DNA of 64,000 nt, taken from assembly GCA_043820105.1 (NCBI GenBank), contig JBDREC010000090.1, positions 124,001 through 188,000 of the forward strand. Direction: 5' to 3'. Position 1 is the first letter of the stretch, and the number at the start of each line of letters is the position of its first letter. This DNA comes from Pseudomonadota bacterium (GTDB taxonomy: Bacteria; Bdellovibrionota_F; JAHFAK01; JBDREC01). The notes beneath the pieces were generated by a model. The model ran no database searches and was not told the DNA's origin. It worked only from the letters and a program-made list of their open reading frames with translations. The translations under genes were made by a program, and so were the position numbers. Of the stretch, positions 22,358-32,159 are shown one piece after another.

Positions 22358-23371
22358 ATGAGAGTTTTTTTTACTATTTTGCTTTCTTTTATATTTGTAT
22401 CTTGTGTTTTACATAAATCTACCGCGTGGATAGATGGTAAAGATTCTGAATATTCTGAAGTAAGATATTTTACGGCAGTTGGAATGGGGGAAGATCGGCA
22501 AGTAGCTGAAGATGATGCGCTAGCTGGAATTGCTAAAGTTTTCAAAGCCAAGGTTGAGTCTTTAAGTAAAGACTATATTCAGTCTTTAACTATTATGACT
22601 GAAAATAATCATAGTGCAAATTCGCAAGAAGTTTTTGAGCAAATAACAAAAGTGAGCACAGATAGAGTAATAAAAGGTGTTACGATATCAAAAGTTACAA
22701 AAAAAGATAATACTTATTATGCCTTGGCTGTTCTTGATAGAATTGCAGCAAAAAATAGGCTGCTTGAGACTATGATGGAAATAGATGAGGAAATAAGTCT
22801 ATCGATGAAAGAGCTTGATTCTACAAATAATAAGATTATAAAAATTAGGAAATTAAATCTGGCACAAGTCAGTTTGATTAAAAGAGAGGCTATTAACCAA
22901 GACTTTAGAATTTTATCAGGTTCAGGGCAAGGATATGATCCTAAATACAAAATAGCTGATATTAACAATTTGCTTGAAAAACTTTTATACAATGAGCTTA
23001 TTATCAAAGTAAAGATTAGTGGTGATGAGGCCTCGAGGGTTGAAAATACTGTTTTAGAAGCCTTGGCTAAAAATAAATTTACTGTTAAAAAAGCTAGTTT
23101 TAATAAATCTGCAGACTTGTTGATTGAAGGGAATATTACTCTTTCGAGTCTAGATCATCCTAATAAAGAATGGTTTTGGTATAAATATAATGTTAATATT
23201 AATATCATTGACCTAAAAGAAAAACAAACTATAGCTACTCTATCAAATTTAAATGGTAAAGAAGCTCAGCTAACCTTGGATGCAGCAAGAATTAAAGCAA
23301 TTAATACAATGGAAAAAAGAATTATGAACGAACTGGAAAATAAAATATCTGAATATGTTTTTGGAAAGTGA
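22358..23371 (+). CDS. Lipoprotein, LPP20-like
   Basis: Lipobox FVSC; FTAVGMG...AEDDALAGIA...YYALAVLDR pattern. Confidence 0.65.
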   Translation: MRVFFTILLSFIFVSCVLHKSTAWIDGKDSEYSEVRYFTAVGMGEDRQVAEDDALAGIAKVFKAKVESLSKDYIQSLTIMTENNHSANSQEVFEQITKVSTDRVIKGVTISKVTKKDNTYYALAVLDRIAAKNRLLETMMEIDEEISLSMKELDSTNNKIIKIRKLNLAQVSLIKREAINQDFRILSGSGQGYDPKYKIADINNLLEKLLYNELIIKVKISGDEASRVENTVLEALAKNKFTVKKASFNKSADLLIEGNITLSSLDHPNKEWFWYKYNVNINIIDLKEKQTIATLSNLNGKEAQLTLDAARIKAINTMEKRIMNELENKISEYVFGK

Positions 23372-23380
23372 GATAAGAAA

Positions 23381-23818
23381 ATGATTATTAAGGAAGCTAA
23401 TAATACTCGTATTTTTATTGGAAGACTTGGTTTTGCAAAAGATGTAATTGAAGAATTTATAAGGCTTTCTAAAGAAAATGATATACAAGCGGCTTGGCTT
23501 CAAGGGATAGGTGCCTTAACTATGGCCTCTGTTACTGAGTATGATCCTTTCGCAGCTGCCTATAAAGAACCAATTGTTTTTAATAAAACGATTGAAATTA
23601 TTAGCCTAAAGGGAAATATTTCAATCTTAGATGGTGAACCCTTTGTTCATATTCATCTTCATGGATCTTATTTTGGAGATGATAATAAAATTGAGCTTGT
23701 TTCTGGCCATTTAGTAAAAAGTGAAATCTTTGCAACAGAATTTAAAATAGAAGTTTTTGATGATGTTGAGCTTACCAGGTCCTTTGATTCAGAGACAGGT
23801 TTAAATTTGTGGAAGTGA
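23381..23818 (+). CDS. PPC/DUF296 domain protein
   Basis: GIGAL, EIISLKGNIS..DGEPFVHIH, GHL, DSETGLNLW. Confidence 0.88.
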   Translation: MIIKEANNTRIFIGRLGFAKDVIEEFIRLSKENDIQAAWLQGIGALTMASVTEYDPFAAAYKEPIVFNKTIEIISLKGNISILDGEPFVHIHLHGSYFGDDNKIELVSGHLVKSEIFATEFKIEVFDDVELTRSFDSETGLNLWK

Positions 23819-23825
23819 ATTATTA

Positions 23826-25709
23826 ATGTTAGATTTTTCAATTAATAAAAATTACCAAATTCGAAAAAATGCTTCAATTATAATAATTCTAATCCTTTTT
23901 CTAATATTACTTTTTAGGCTATTCTTTTTTCAGATACTAAAAGGGGATGTTTATAAGTCATATTCTGACAGTAATAGAATATTCAAAGAAAACATTCCAG
24001 GCCCAAGAGGTATTATATATGATCGCAACACAAAGGTTATTGTTGGAAATCGCTCCTCCTTCGATTTAACGCTTACTAGGGCCTATACTAAGAAACTAGA
24101 TGAAACTTTAACATATTTAGAAGATTTAATTAATGATAAAGTTGATTTTCAGATTGATAGAATAAAGGAAAAAATTAAAAGATCTTCATATTATAGACCT
24201 GTCACCATATTAAAGGATATTCCTTGGGATGTGCTTGCTATTATTGAGTCCCAGAAATATCAAAGTATTTTAGATGGATTAAATATTAAATCTTCTGTGG
24301 CTAGAGATTATAAATATGATGAAATTGGGGCTCATTTACTCGGGTATTTAGGTGAAGTTACAAAAGAAAACCTTAATATGTTTAATAAAGAAGATTCAGA
24401 GTACCAATATATTCCAGGTCAATTTATTGGCAAATTTGGATTAGAGCGAAAGTTTGAGCCATATTTGAGAGGTCAATATGGTGTTAGACCTTCAGAGGTA
24501 GACGCTCATGGAAGAATTCAACCTGTTAGTGAGTACAATAGGCTGATAACAAGAAAATTATATAATGCCCCTGTAAAAGGAATGAATCTAACAACAACTA
24601 TTGACATTGATCTGCAGTTAGCTGCGTATGAAGCTTTTGAAGAAGGGGAATCAGGCTCTATTGTAGCTCTTGATACCAAAACTGGCGAAATATTAGCCAT
24701 GGTTTCATATCCATCTTTTAATCCTAAAGAATTTTCTAGAGGAATAAATCATGAACAGTGGAAGGATTTAAACAGTGATCCACTGCTGCCCCTAATTGAT
24801 AAGACAGTTAGAGGTTTATATCCCCCAGGATCAACTTTTAAAATGATTGTAGCTTTAGCTGCTTTACAAGAAGGTATTATTGATTCAAAAACAAAATTTT
24901 ATTGTCCTGGGCATTTAAGGTATGGAGGTAGAGATTATAGGTGTTGGAAAAAAGGTGGACATGGTAAAGTTGGTGTTGTTGAAGCCATTCAAAAGTCATG
25001 TGATGTTTTTTTCTATAACTTAGCTACAAAGTTGGGAGTTGATACTATTGCTAAATATGCCAATCATTTTGGTCTGGGAAGTCGTACTGGTATTAATTTG
25101 AATTTTGAAAAAGCTGGTTTTATTCCAACATCCGAATGGAAAAAAGCAACATACAAAGAAAAATGGTATGGAGGTGAAACCCTATCACTGGCTATTGGAC
25201 AGGGCTACACCTTGACAACAACTTTACAATTGGCGTTAATGGCAGCAATAATTGCAAATAATGGAAAGAAGATTAAGCCAAGTTTATTCAAAAATTTAGA
25301 TTCCAATTTATCGAGCATACAACTTGATAGTCATGCCCAAAATCTAGATCAGGAAAATATTAGTATTGACCAGGAAAATATGGTGCTTATTAAAGAAGGA
25401 ATGTTTAATGTGGTTAATAAACAGTATGGTACTGCCTATTGGTATGGTAGATCAAAAAAATACCACATATCAGGTAAAACTGGTACTGCTCAAGTTGTTT
25501 CTATGAAAGTATATGACAAGAAAGAATCGATGGAGAATAATTGGCTATACGAGGATCATGCATTATTTGTTTCTTTTGCTCCTAGTGATGATCCCAAAAT
25601 ATCTGTTAGTGTTATTGTTGAACATGGTGGCCATGGTAGTAGTTCAGCAGCTCCAAAAGCAAAGAAAGTTATTGAATTTTATTTGGATAAATTAAATGCT
25701 TCAATTTAA
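23826..25709 (+). CDS. mrdA: Penicillin-binding protein 2
   Basis: RGIIYDRN, YPPGSTFK (SxxK), SCD, IGQGY, GKTGTAQ. Confidence 0.96.
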   Translation: MLDFSINKNYQIRKNASIIIILILFLILLFRLFFFQILKGDVYKSYSDSNRIFKENIPGPRGIIYDRNTKVIVGNRSSFDLTLTRAYTKKLDETLTYLEDLINDKVDFQIDRIKEKIKRSSYYRPVTILKDIPWDVLAIIESQKYQSILDGLNIKSSVARDYKYDEIGAHLLGYLGEVTKENLNMFNKEDSEYQYIPGQFIGKFGLERKFEPYLRGQYGVRPSEVDAHGRIQPVSEYNRLITRKLYNAPVKGMNLTTTIDIDLQLAAYEAFEEGESGSIVALDTKTGEILAMVSYPSFNPKEFSRGINHEQWKDLNSDPLLPLIDKTVRGLYPPGSTFKMIVALAALQEGIIDSKTKFYCPGHLRYGGRDYRCWKKGGHGKVGVVEAIQKSCDVFFYNLATKLGVDTIAKYANHFGLGSRTGINLNFEKAGFIPTSEWKKATYKEKWYGGETLSLAIGQGYTLTTTLQLALMAAIIANNGKKIKPSLFKNLDSNLSSIQLDSHAQNLDQENISIDQENMVLIKEGMFNVVNKQYGTAYWYGRSKKYHISGKTGTAQVVSMKVYDKKESMENNWLYEDHALFVSFAPSDDPKISVSVIVEHGGHGSSSAAPKAKKVIEFYLDKLNASI

Positions 25710-26808
25710 AAACAAAAAATTTGACCAAATGGATATGGGCACCTTTTTTATTATGCTATCTTTAATTGGTCTAGGTCTTCTTAATTTATATAGCGCTACT
25801 TTTATTAGCGGAAAAGGTTCTGTATCATCCATTTTTATTTCACAAACAATGTGGGTATTATTAGGGTTTTTGGCAATGGTATTAGCCATTGTTATTGATT
25901 ATAAATATCTAGATAAGCTGGCTTGGGTTTTATATGGTTTAATATGCTTAGCATTAATTTATGTTTTAGTGGCTGAAAGGTCTATCGCAGGATCAAAAAG
26001 GTGGATTGACTTAGGTTTTTTTAGATTTCAACCATCTGAGGTAACAAAGCTTGTAATGATAATAGTTTTAGCTAAATATTTTTCTTCTATTTCCAAGGCT
26101 TCAGATTATGTGCTAAAGGATCTATTAGTCCCTCTTTTAATAATTGCCTTTCCATCCTTATTAATTTTAAAAGAACCCGACCTGGGAACTTGTATTGTTA
26201 TTATTCTAGTTTCCTTTTCTATTATTTTTCATATTGGTTTAAACTATAAATCCCTGCTTAAAATAATTATTTCTACTCTGGTTGCTATTCCAATTATGTG
26301 GTTTTTTGTTTTAAAGGAATATCAAAAGGACAGGATTAGAGTTTTTCTCGATCCTGCTAAAGATCCACTTGGTGATGCCTGGCATATTACACAGTCTATT
26401 ATTGCTGTTGGTTCAGGTATGCTTTTTGGAAAGGGATTTATGTCAGGGACTCAAAATAGGCTTGAATTTGTCCCAAAACAGCATACAGATTTTATTTTTT
26501 CAGTTTGTGCTGAAGAATGGGGTTTTTTGGGTTGTTTTATTGTTTTAGCACTTTTCTTTTTTCTTATTGCACGTGGCATAGCAATTTCCTCAAAACTCAA
26601 AGATCGTTTTGCAGCCATATTAACAGCTGGAGTTGTTTTTATGCTTTTTTGGCATACTTTCATAAACATTGGTATGGAGCTTGATATTTTACCTGTAGTT
26701 GGAATTCCATTGCCATTTATGAGTTATGGTGGTTCAGCAATGGTTATGAATATGATCTGTATTGGTTTGATTATAAATGTTCAGCTAAGAAAACACCAAT
26801 TTGCTTAG
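25696..26808 (+). CDS. rodA: Rod shape-determining SEDS protein RodA
   Basis: RWIDLG..FQPSE, EPDLGT, HTDFIFSV..EEWG, LPFMSYGGS; overlaps end of mrdA. Confidence 0.96.
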   Translation: MLQFKNKKFDQMDMGTFFIMLSLIGLGLLNLYSATFISGKGSVSSIFISQTMWVLLGFLAMVLAIVIDYKYLDKLAWVLYGLICLALIYVLVAERSIAGSKRWIDLGFFRFQPSEVTKLVMIIVLAKYFSSISKASDYVLKDLLVPLLIIAFPSLLILKEPDLGTCIVIILVSFSIIFHIGLNYKSLLKIIISTLVAIPIMWFFVLKEYQKDRIRVFLDPAKDPLGDAWHITQSIIAVGSGMLFGKGFMSGTQNRLEFVPKQHTDFIFSVCAEEWGFLGCFIVLALFFFLIARGIAISSKLKDRFAAILTAGVVFMLFWHTFINIGMELDILPVVGIPLPFMSYGGSAMVMNMICIGLIINVQLRKHQFA

Positions 26809-26946
26809 TTTTGAAAAAAACAAGTGAGGTGGGCATGACACAGCTAGAACCAATTAAACTTACGAAAAACAGCTAAAAAACATTAAAACCAAGTAAAATT
26901 ACTTGCTAATAACCGTAATTTCACGTCTATCCAAAATCCTAATGTG

Positions 26947-26962
26947 TGGCATAATTATTGCA
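26947..26962 (+). promoter_or_regulatory. Sigma-54 promoter (-24/-12)
   Basis: TGGCAT-AATTA-TTGCA, 47 bp upstream of ATG 27010. Confidence 0.75.
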
Positions 26963-27009
26963 ATATTTTCAAGGCTAAAGGTAGTAAAATTAATAGGGGT
27001 GCTATTTTT

Positions 27010-27906
27010 ATGAAACCAATAGCCGATTTAGATTATAAATTTTCAAAGAATTCAATTCAATTCCTTTTTCTTTTTTTCTTTATTGTACTTTTTTCATATA
27101 ATAATTCAAACGCAAATCAATGCTTGGATCTTTTTGAATCTGTTAATATTACCCCCAATACTATTTATGATAATAAAAGTTATTATCCTGCTTTATCAAC
27201 ACTTCCAAATTTTAAAGGTGTTAAAGCAGAGAAAAACCCCTTTGACACTGGAAACTCTAAAGGTGCCCATCGAGTAACTGAGAGGATTGATGGTATTGAT
27301 AGGGACGCCACAGACCTCATATTACTATCTGATTTATCAAAAGAATCTGCAGCTATGCTAGAAGAAGAAGCTTTTCGATTAATGATTTTAAAAGATATTG
27401 GTTATGAAGTAGGGATTATATTTGGAAAAACAATTATTAATGAACAACTATATTTAATCCAAGAAAGACAACTGTTTTTCTTAGACGCTGGTGGGCAATG
27501 CAAATTATCCTCTATTGCGGACCATATAAATCTTGATAGTGCTATTTCTTTAGTAAATATTTGGAACGCCTATGTGGGGAATGATGTTGAAATAGGCTTG
27601 TTTAGGATAGGGATGGCAAGAAACGGAAGATTTGCAGTTGTAAATCCAAGGTCAATGTCATTTGGAGTTATAGAAAAATCCCCTGTTAATTATTTGAAAA
27701 TGAGTATTCTTTTTAACCATGTACTATCAGTTCTAAAAACAAGAAAAAATGATGAATATCAAGCAGCGATTATTTATATGAAAAAACATTTATTCATACC
27801 TGATAATTCTGTAGCCAGGGATTCTGTTAAGTCTTTTGATGAAGAAAAATCCTTTGATAATGAAGTTGCTAATAGCTTATCGTCTGGTGAGCTGTCTTCT
27901 TATTAA
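27010..27906 (+). CDS. Hypothetical secreted protein, possibly kinase-like fold
   Basis: Hydrophobic signal then SNA-NQCLDLF; start moved to 27010 because the track start overlaps the sigma-54 promoter. Confidence 0.7.
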   Translation: MKPIADLDYKFSKNSIQFLFLFFFIVLFSYNNSNANQCLDLFESVNITPNTIYDNKSYYPALSTLPNFKGVKAEKNPFDTGNSKGAHRVTERIDGIDRDATDLILLSDLSKESAAMLEEEAFRLMILKDIGYEVGIIFGKTIINEQLYLIQERQLFFLDAGGQCKLSSIADHINLDSAISLVNIWNAYVGNDVEIGLFRIGMARNGRFAVVNPRSMSFGVIEKSPVNYLKMSILFNHVLSVLKTRKNDEYQAAIIYMKKHLFIPDNSVARDSVKSFDEEKSFDNEVANSLSSGELSSY

Positions 27907-28298
27907 GGCTTCTCTTTTATCAGCCCAGAGGCCATTGCCTTTGTATCCTGGTCAGTTAATGAAATGTTTTCCCATTTTTTTCTAATGATCATTTCATCAA
28001 AACCGGTGATTTTAGCGGAATATTCCATTACAAAATTTGAAGAAGCAAATAATGATGATGAAATGGAATATAGATTATATACAAAATTTAGAAAATCTGA
28101 GCTTGAGGTATCAATGTTTTTAAGATGTTCATTTAAATATATTTTGATGCCATCTTGAATTATGTCAAAATCAGCTTCTCCTGAGCTATCAATTTTATTA
28201 ATTAGAAGCCTTAGTCTTATTCTTTTATCCTCAGTTATAAGTTCCAAAGCATTTATGGCAATTAAGGCCAGGAGTTCTTTTTTATCATTTAGGTTCAT
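27903..28298 (-). CDS. Hypothetical protein
   Basis: 131-aa ORF with GGAG RBS; no recognisable motif. Confidence 0.65.
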   Translation of the reverse strand: MNLNDKKELLALIAINALELITEDKRIRLRLLINKIDSSGEADFDIIQDGIKIYLNEHLKNIDTSSSDFLNFVYNLYSISSSLFASSNFVMEYSAKITGFDEMIIRKKWENISLTDQDTKAMASGLIKEKP

Positions 28299-28307
28299 TT
28301 AGTCTCC

Positions 28308-28345
28308 AAAAAAAAAGTTTGCGAAAATAGAATTTCGCAAACTTT
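28308..28345 (-). terminator. Rho-independent terminator downstream of tRNA-Val
   Basis: Stem aagtttgcgaaa/tttcgcaaactt followed on the minus strand by a long T run. Confidence 0.8.
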
Positions 28346-28353
28346 ATAATTAA

Positions 28354-28427
28354 TAGGCGAAGAGGGGCTCGAACCCACGACCCTCGGCTTGTAAGGCCGA
28401 TGCTCTAGCCAACTGAGCTATCCGCCC
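28354..28427 (-). tRNA. tRNA-Val (anticodon TAC), CCA not encoded
   Basis: Minus strand GGGCGGATAGCTCAGTTGGCTAGAGCA-TCGGC-CTTACAA-GCCGA-GGGTC-GTGGG-TTCGAGC-CCCTC-TTCGCCT-A folds as a cloverleaf; one U-U mismatch in the T stem. Confidence 0.95.
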
Positions 28428-28557
28428 ACTATTTATTAGTTACCTTCCTAAAGAAAGTTTGATTCTTTTATTTATTTTTTGAATACAAGTCAATACTTTT
28501 TTATTCTGAAATTTTCCTTGTTGATTCACTAATTGTTTTTGTGTAAGCTTCTTATTT

Positions 28558-29430
28558 ATGAAGCAAAATATATTACAAAACCCTTTCTATAAGATTGATT
28601 TATTAAAGTACTCTCAAATTCTTGAAAACATTTGTGAACTTCCTGCCTTTTTTAAAGATATTGAAGAAATGAAACAAATGTTAATTAATCCTAATTCATC
28701 TTTGCAAGATCAAATCATTACTATGAATAAGATTAAAAAATATCAAAAAATAATTGATATCTTTGTTGAAGGCAAAGAGGATCTTATTATTGATAATAAA
28801 ATAAAGCAAAAAAAATTAGATGAGTTTTTATTTCTTTATAAGCACTTTCTTTATTTCCATAGGGAGCTTATATGCCGTTTGGGCAAAGAAGGAAAAATAG
28901 AGGCAAAAACCTTAATTAGCATTAGTACCCTTTTGAATAAATATTTAAATAACTTTAAGACAAGTGCGATTTATTCCATGGATTTTATGACTTGTAAAGA
29001 AGCTATAATCAGTTTTGAAGTAAGTGGTATAAGCTTTAAATCAGAAAGTTTAGCTAGATTTTACTTTAAAAATACAGATTCAAAAAGGGCTGTTATTTTC
29101 TTTATTGTAAGTCTAGGCGAATTTATAGATGAAGAAATTAATAGGCTGATTGATATTAAAAATAACTATGAAGCTTACATTTTAAATGGATTGGGTTCAA
29201 GCCTTGTTGATTGTTTAGCTAATGATCTTACAAAATATATAATGGATATTAAGCTTATTAATTCTCACGGAAAAGCATTAAAAAGATTTTCTCCTGGTTA
29301 TGGAGATTTTGCTTTAAATAATCAAAGGGAAATATTTAAGCTTTTAAATCCAAGTCAAATTGGTGTTTTCTTAAATGATAACATGATAATGGTTCCTGAG
29401 AAATCAGTTAGTGGGTTGATTTCTTATTAG
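28558..29430 (+). CDS. Protein with a B12-dependent methionine synthase activation-domain-like C-terminus
   Basis: FFIVSLG, AYILNGLGS, RFSPGYGD, IGV.L....MVPEKSVSG. Confidence 0.75.
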   Translation: MKQNILQNPFYKIDLLKYSQILENICELPAFFKDIEEMKQMLINPNSSLQDQIITMNKIKKYQKIIDIFVEGKEDLIIDNKIKQKKLDEFLFLYKHFLYFHRELICRLGKEGKIEAKTLISISTLLNKYLNNFKTSAIYSMDFMTCKEAIISFEVSGISFKSESLARFYFKNTDSKRAVIFFIVSLGEFIDEEINRLIDIKNNYEAYILNGLGSSLVDCLANDLTKYIMDIKLINSHGKALKRFSPGYGDFALNNQREIFKLLNPSQIGVFLNDNMIMVPEKSVSGLISY

Positions 29431-29463
29431 GGAACAAGGGAACAAGGGGACAAGGGAAGATGA

Positions 29464-30294
29464 TTAATAGGCGGAAGTAGAAACTTTTCCTTGTACTATT
29501 TCAACTGATGAAGAAGCTCCTAGTCTATTTGCTCCGGCATTAATCATGTCTATTGCATCTTTAATACTTCTAACACCACCTGAAGCTTTTACACCCATTT
29601 CTGGACCTACTATTGCGCGCATTAATTTTATGTCTTCTACAGTTGCTCCACCACCACCAAAACCAGTTGAAGTTTTAACAAAGGCAGCTTTTGCTACTTT
29701 TGATAAAGCACAAGAAATTATTTTTTCTTCTTTTGTTAGTTTTGAAGTTTCTAAAATAACTTTAACAGGGTAGGGATGAGACGCTTCAACAACAGCAACA
29801 ATGTCTTCATATACAGCCGCATAGTCTCGAGATTTTAAGGCTCCTATATTAATTACCATGTCAATTTCCTGAGCACCCGCTTTTATTGCTTCTGTTGCTT
29901 CATAAGCTTTGGCAGAAGGTGTTGATGCTCCAAGTGGAAAGCCAACAACAGCAATTGGCATTACAGGGCAATCTGCTAGTAATTTAGTAGCTAAAGGGAT
30001 ATTGGAGGAATTCACGCAAACAGTCTTAAAGTTGTTTTCTTTTGCTTCTTTGCATAATTTAGTAATTTCAGCTTCTGTTGCATCTGGTTTTAATTGTGTA
30101 TGGTCTATCATTGAAGCTAAATTGATATTTTTTGGCAAACTAGTATTTGAAGCAGATGTTGAAGTTTTGCATTTATTTTTACCTAAATAGCTCTGCATAT
30201 ATTCTGATTTAGATTTAGTATTATCTGATTTTGTGTAGTTTTTTGTTAAACTTTGAGATATAAAATCTGGAAATTTCACTTTGCTTTTACTCAT
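29464..30294 (-). CDS. deoC: Deoxyribose-phosphate aldolase with N-terminal extension
   Basis: IDHTQLKP, VVGFPLG, EIDMVINIG, KVILET, FVKTSTGF, GVKASGGVR, RLGASS. Confidence 0.96.
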   Translation of the reverse strand: MSKSKVKFPDFISQSLTKNYTKSDNTKSKSEYMQSYLGKNKCKTSTSASNTSLPKNINLASMIDHTQLKPDATEAEITKLCKEAKENNFKTVCVNSSNIPLATKLLADCPVMPIAVVGFPLGASTPSAKAYEATEAIKAGAQEIDMVINIGALKSRDYAAVYEDIVAVVEASHPYPVKVILETSKLTKEEKIISCALSKVAKAAFVKTSTGFGGGGATVEDIKLMRAIVGPEMGVKASGGVRSIKDAIDMINAGANRLGASSSVEIVQGKVSTSAY

Positions 30295-30382
30295 ATTAAA
30301 CCTATTTTATGATTTTATTAATTATTTTGTGCAAAAAGAATTAAGCTATAAGTTTTAAAATGTCAAAGGCAAATATTTGATC

Positions 30383-31186
30383 TTATGAAAGCTCTATAAA
30401 AAGCTTCATGACTGTATTACCGATGGCAATAAGGTCTCCATTTTTTAATTTCTGACTAGATACTTTTCTATTATTTACATATGTTCCATTTGTGGAATCA
30501 AGGTCTCTAATATAGATTTGTGCTTCGCTAAATACTTCTATAAGTGAGTGTTTTCTGGAAACATCGGAATCATGGTTTAGATTAAAATCAGCATTGATCC
30601 TACCAATTAATATTGAACCTTTTTGAAATTGGAACATATTATTTTTCATTTTAGGTTCTAAAATTTGTAAATATATTTTTGCACTTTTTAGTTTCGGTGG
30701 ATTCGCGACCTTTGCAAGGTTTCCTTTTGATGAAGACTTTCCATCATGCGTATCTAATTTTTTTAGTTCGCCTTCAATGGTTTTTCTGATTTCAGTGTAA
30801 ACCTGTGTTCCCTTTGTTTGTGTTTTATCTTGTTCCTGTATATTTGCTTTTTTAATTGGAGGATGTTTTTTTGGAGGTTTTCCAATGCTTATTAAAATTG
30901 TAGAATAACCAATTTGAATCTTATCATCATGTTTGAGTTTTGCTTTTTTGACTTGCTTTGAATTAACAAAAATACCATTAAGACTATCAAGATCAAAGAT
31001 AAAAAAATTGCCAGCAATAAATTCTATTAAGGCATGTGTACCAGATGCTTTTTTATCCTGAAGGATTATATCCCCAGTTCTTCTTCCAATAACAGTTTTA
31101 TTATTTTTAAGTTCAAGTATGAGACCTAAGTTGTTGCCTCTGATTACTTCTAAGTATGCATTTTTAGGAATTTTATTATTGTTCAA
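30383..31186 (-). CDS. Double FHA-domain protein
   Basis: Two FHA units: IGR..S.THA..DLDSLNG and IGR..SRKHS..DLDSTNGT. Confidence 0.9.
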   Translation of the reverse strand: MNNNKIPKNAYLEVIRGNNLGLILELKNNKTVIGRRTGDIILQDKKASGTHALIEFIAGNFFIFDLDSLNGIFVNSKQVKKAKLKHDDKIQIGYSTILISIGKPPKKHPPIKKANIQEQDKTQTKGTQVYTEIRKTIEGELKKLDTHDGKSSSKGNLAKVANPPKLKSAKIYLQILEPKMKNNMFQFQKGSILIGRINADFNLNHDSDVSRKHSLIEVFSEAQIYIRDLDSTNGTYVNNRKVSSQKLKNGDLIAIGNTVMKLFIELS

Positions 31187-31198
31187 CTTTCTACCTTT

Positions 31199-32131
31199 TT
31201 ATTCTAAATGATCAAATAGATTAGTACTTAAGTATCTTTCCCCAGTGTCTGGCAAGAGCACAACTATTACCTTGCCTCTATTTTCTTCTTTCTTAGCTTC
31301 AGCAAGGGCTGCCCATAGTGCGGCTCCTGATGAAATGCCAGTTAAAATCCCTTCTTTTCGTGCAGCAAGATTAGCAGCAAAAAAAGCATTTTTTGTGCTT
31401 ACTTTAATAATTTTATCAATTATTTCAAGTTTAAGGACTTCAGGTATGAAACCTGCACCAATTCCCTGTAGCTTATGTGGTCCTGGGTTTTCTCCTGATA
31501 AAACAGCTGAATCTTCAGGTTCAACTGCAATCAACGTTAAGTCAGGATTTCGATTTTTTAAAATTAGGCCTACCCCAGTAATAGTTCCACCAGTACCAAC
31601 ACCTGAAACAAAAATGTCTATATTGCCATCTGTATCACTCCATATTTCTTCTGCAGTAGTTGTTTTATGGATGTTAGGGTTAGCTGGATTTTGAAACTGT
31701 TGAGGCATGAAATAATTTTCATTATCATGTAAAATCTCTTGAGCTTTACTTATTGCTCCCTTCATTCCAAGTTTTCCATCAGTAAGAATAATTTTAGCTC
31801 CAAAGGCTGCAAGCAATTTTCTTCTTTCAATGCTCATTGTATCTGGCATTGTAAGTTCTAACTTATATTCTTTTGAAGCACAAACCATTGCAAGCCCAAT
31901 TCCTGTATTACCACTTGTTGGTTCAATAATTGTCGTATCTTGATTAATAATCCCTTTTTCTTGGGCATCATTGATCATTGCAAGTGCTATTCTATCTTTT
32001 ACGCTTGAACATGGATTAAATGTTTCAATTTTAGCTAAAACCTTGCCAGGTAAATCAGATGAAAGTTTATTTAACTCAACTAAGGGAGTATTTCCCACTA
32101 GTTCCAAAATATTTTTATATATTTTCCCCAA
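31199..32131 (-). CDS. cysK: Cysteine synthase A
   Basis: GNTPLV, SVKDR, EPTSGNTG, GVGTGGT, HKLQGIG, PDTGERYLS. Confidence 0.97.
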   Translation of the reverse strand: MGKIYKNILELVGNTPLVELNKLSSDLPGKVLAKIETFNPCSSVKDRIALAMINDAQEKGIINQDTTIIEPTSGNTGIGLAMVCASKEYKLELTMPDTMSIERRKLLAAFGAKIILTDGKLGMKGAISKAQEILHDNENYFMPQQFQNPANPNIHKTTTAEEIWSDTDGNIDIFVSGVGTGGTITGVGLILKNRNPDLTLIAVEPEDSAVLSGENPGPHKLQGIGAGFIPEVLKLEIIDKIIKVSTKNAFFAANLAARKEGILTGISSGAALWAALAEAKKEENRGKVIVVLLPDTGERYLSTNLFDHLE

Positions 32132-32159
32132 TGATTTATCTCCTTGATTATCAACAGTT

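Noticed and set aside
28354-28427. tRNA-Val as integration site of an island
   Set aside because: No duplicated tRNA 3' end or integrase noticed nearby.
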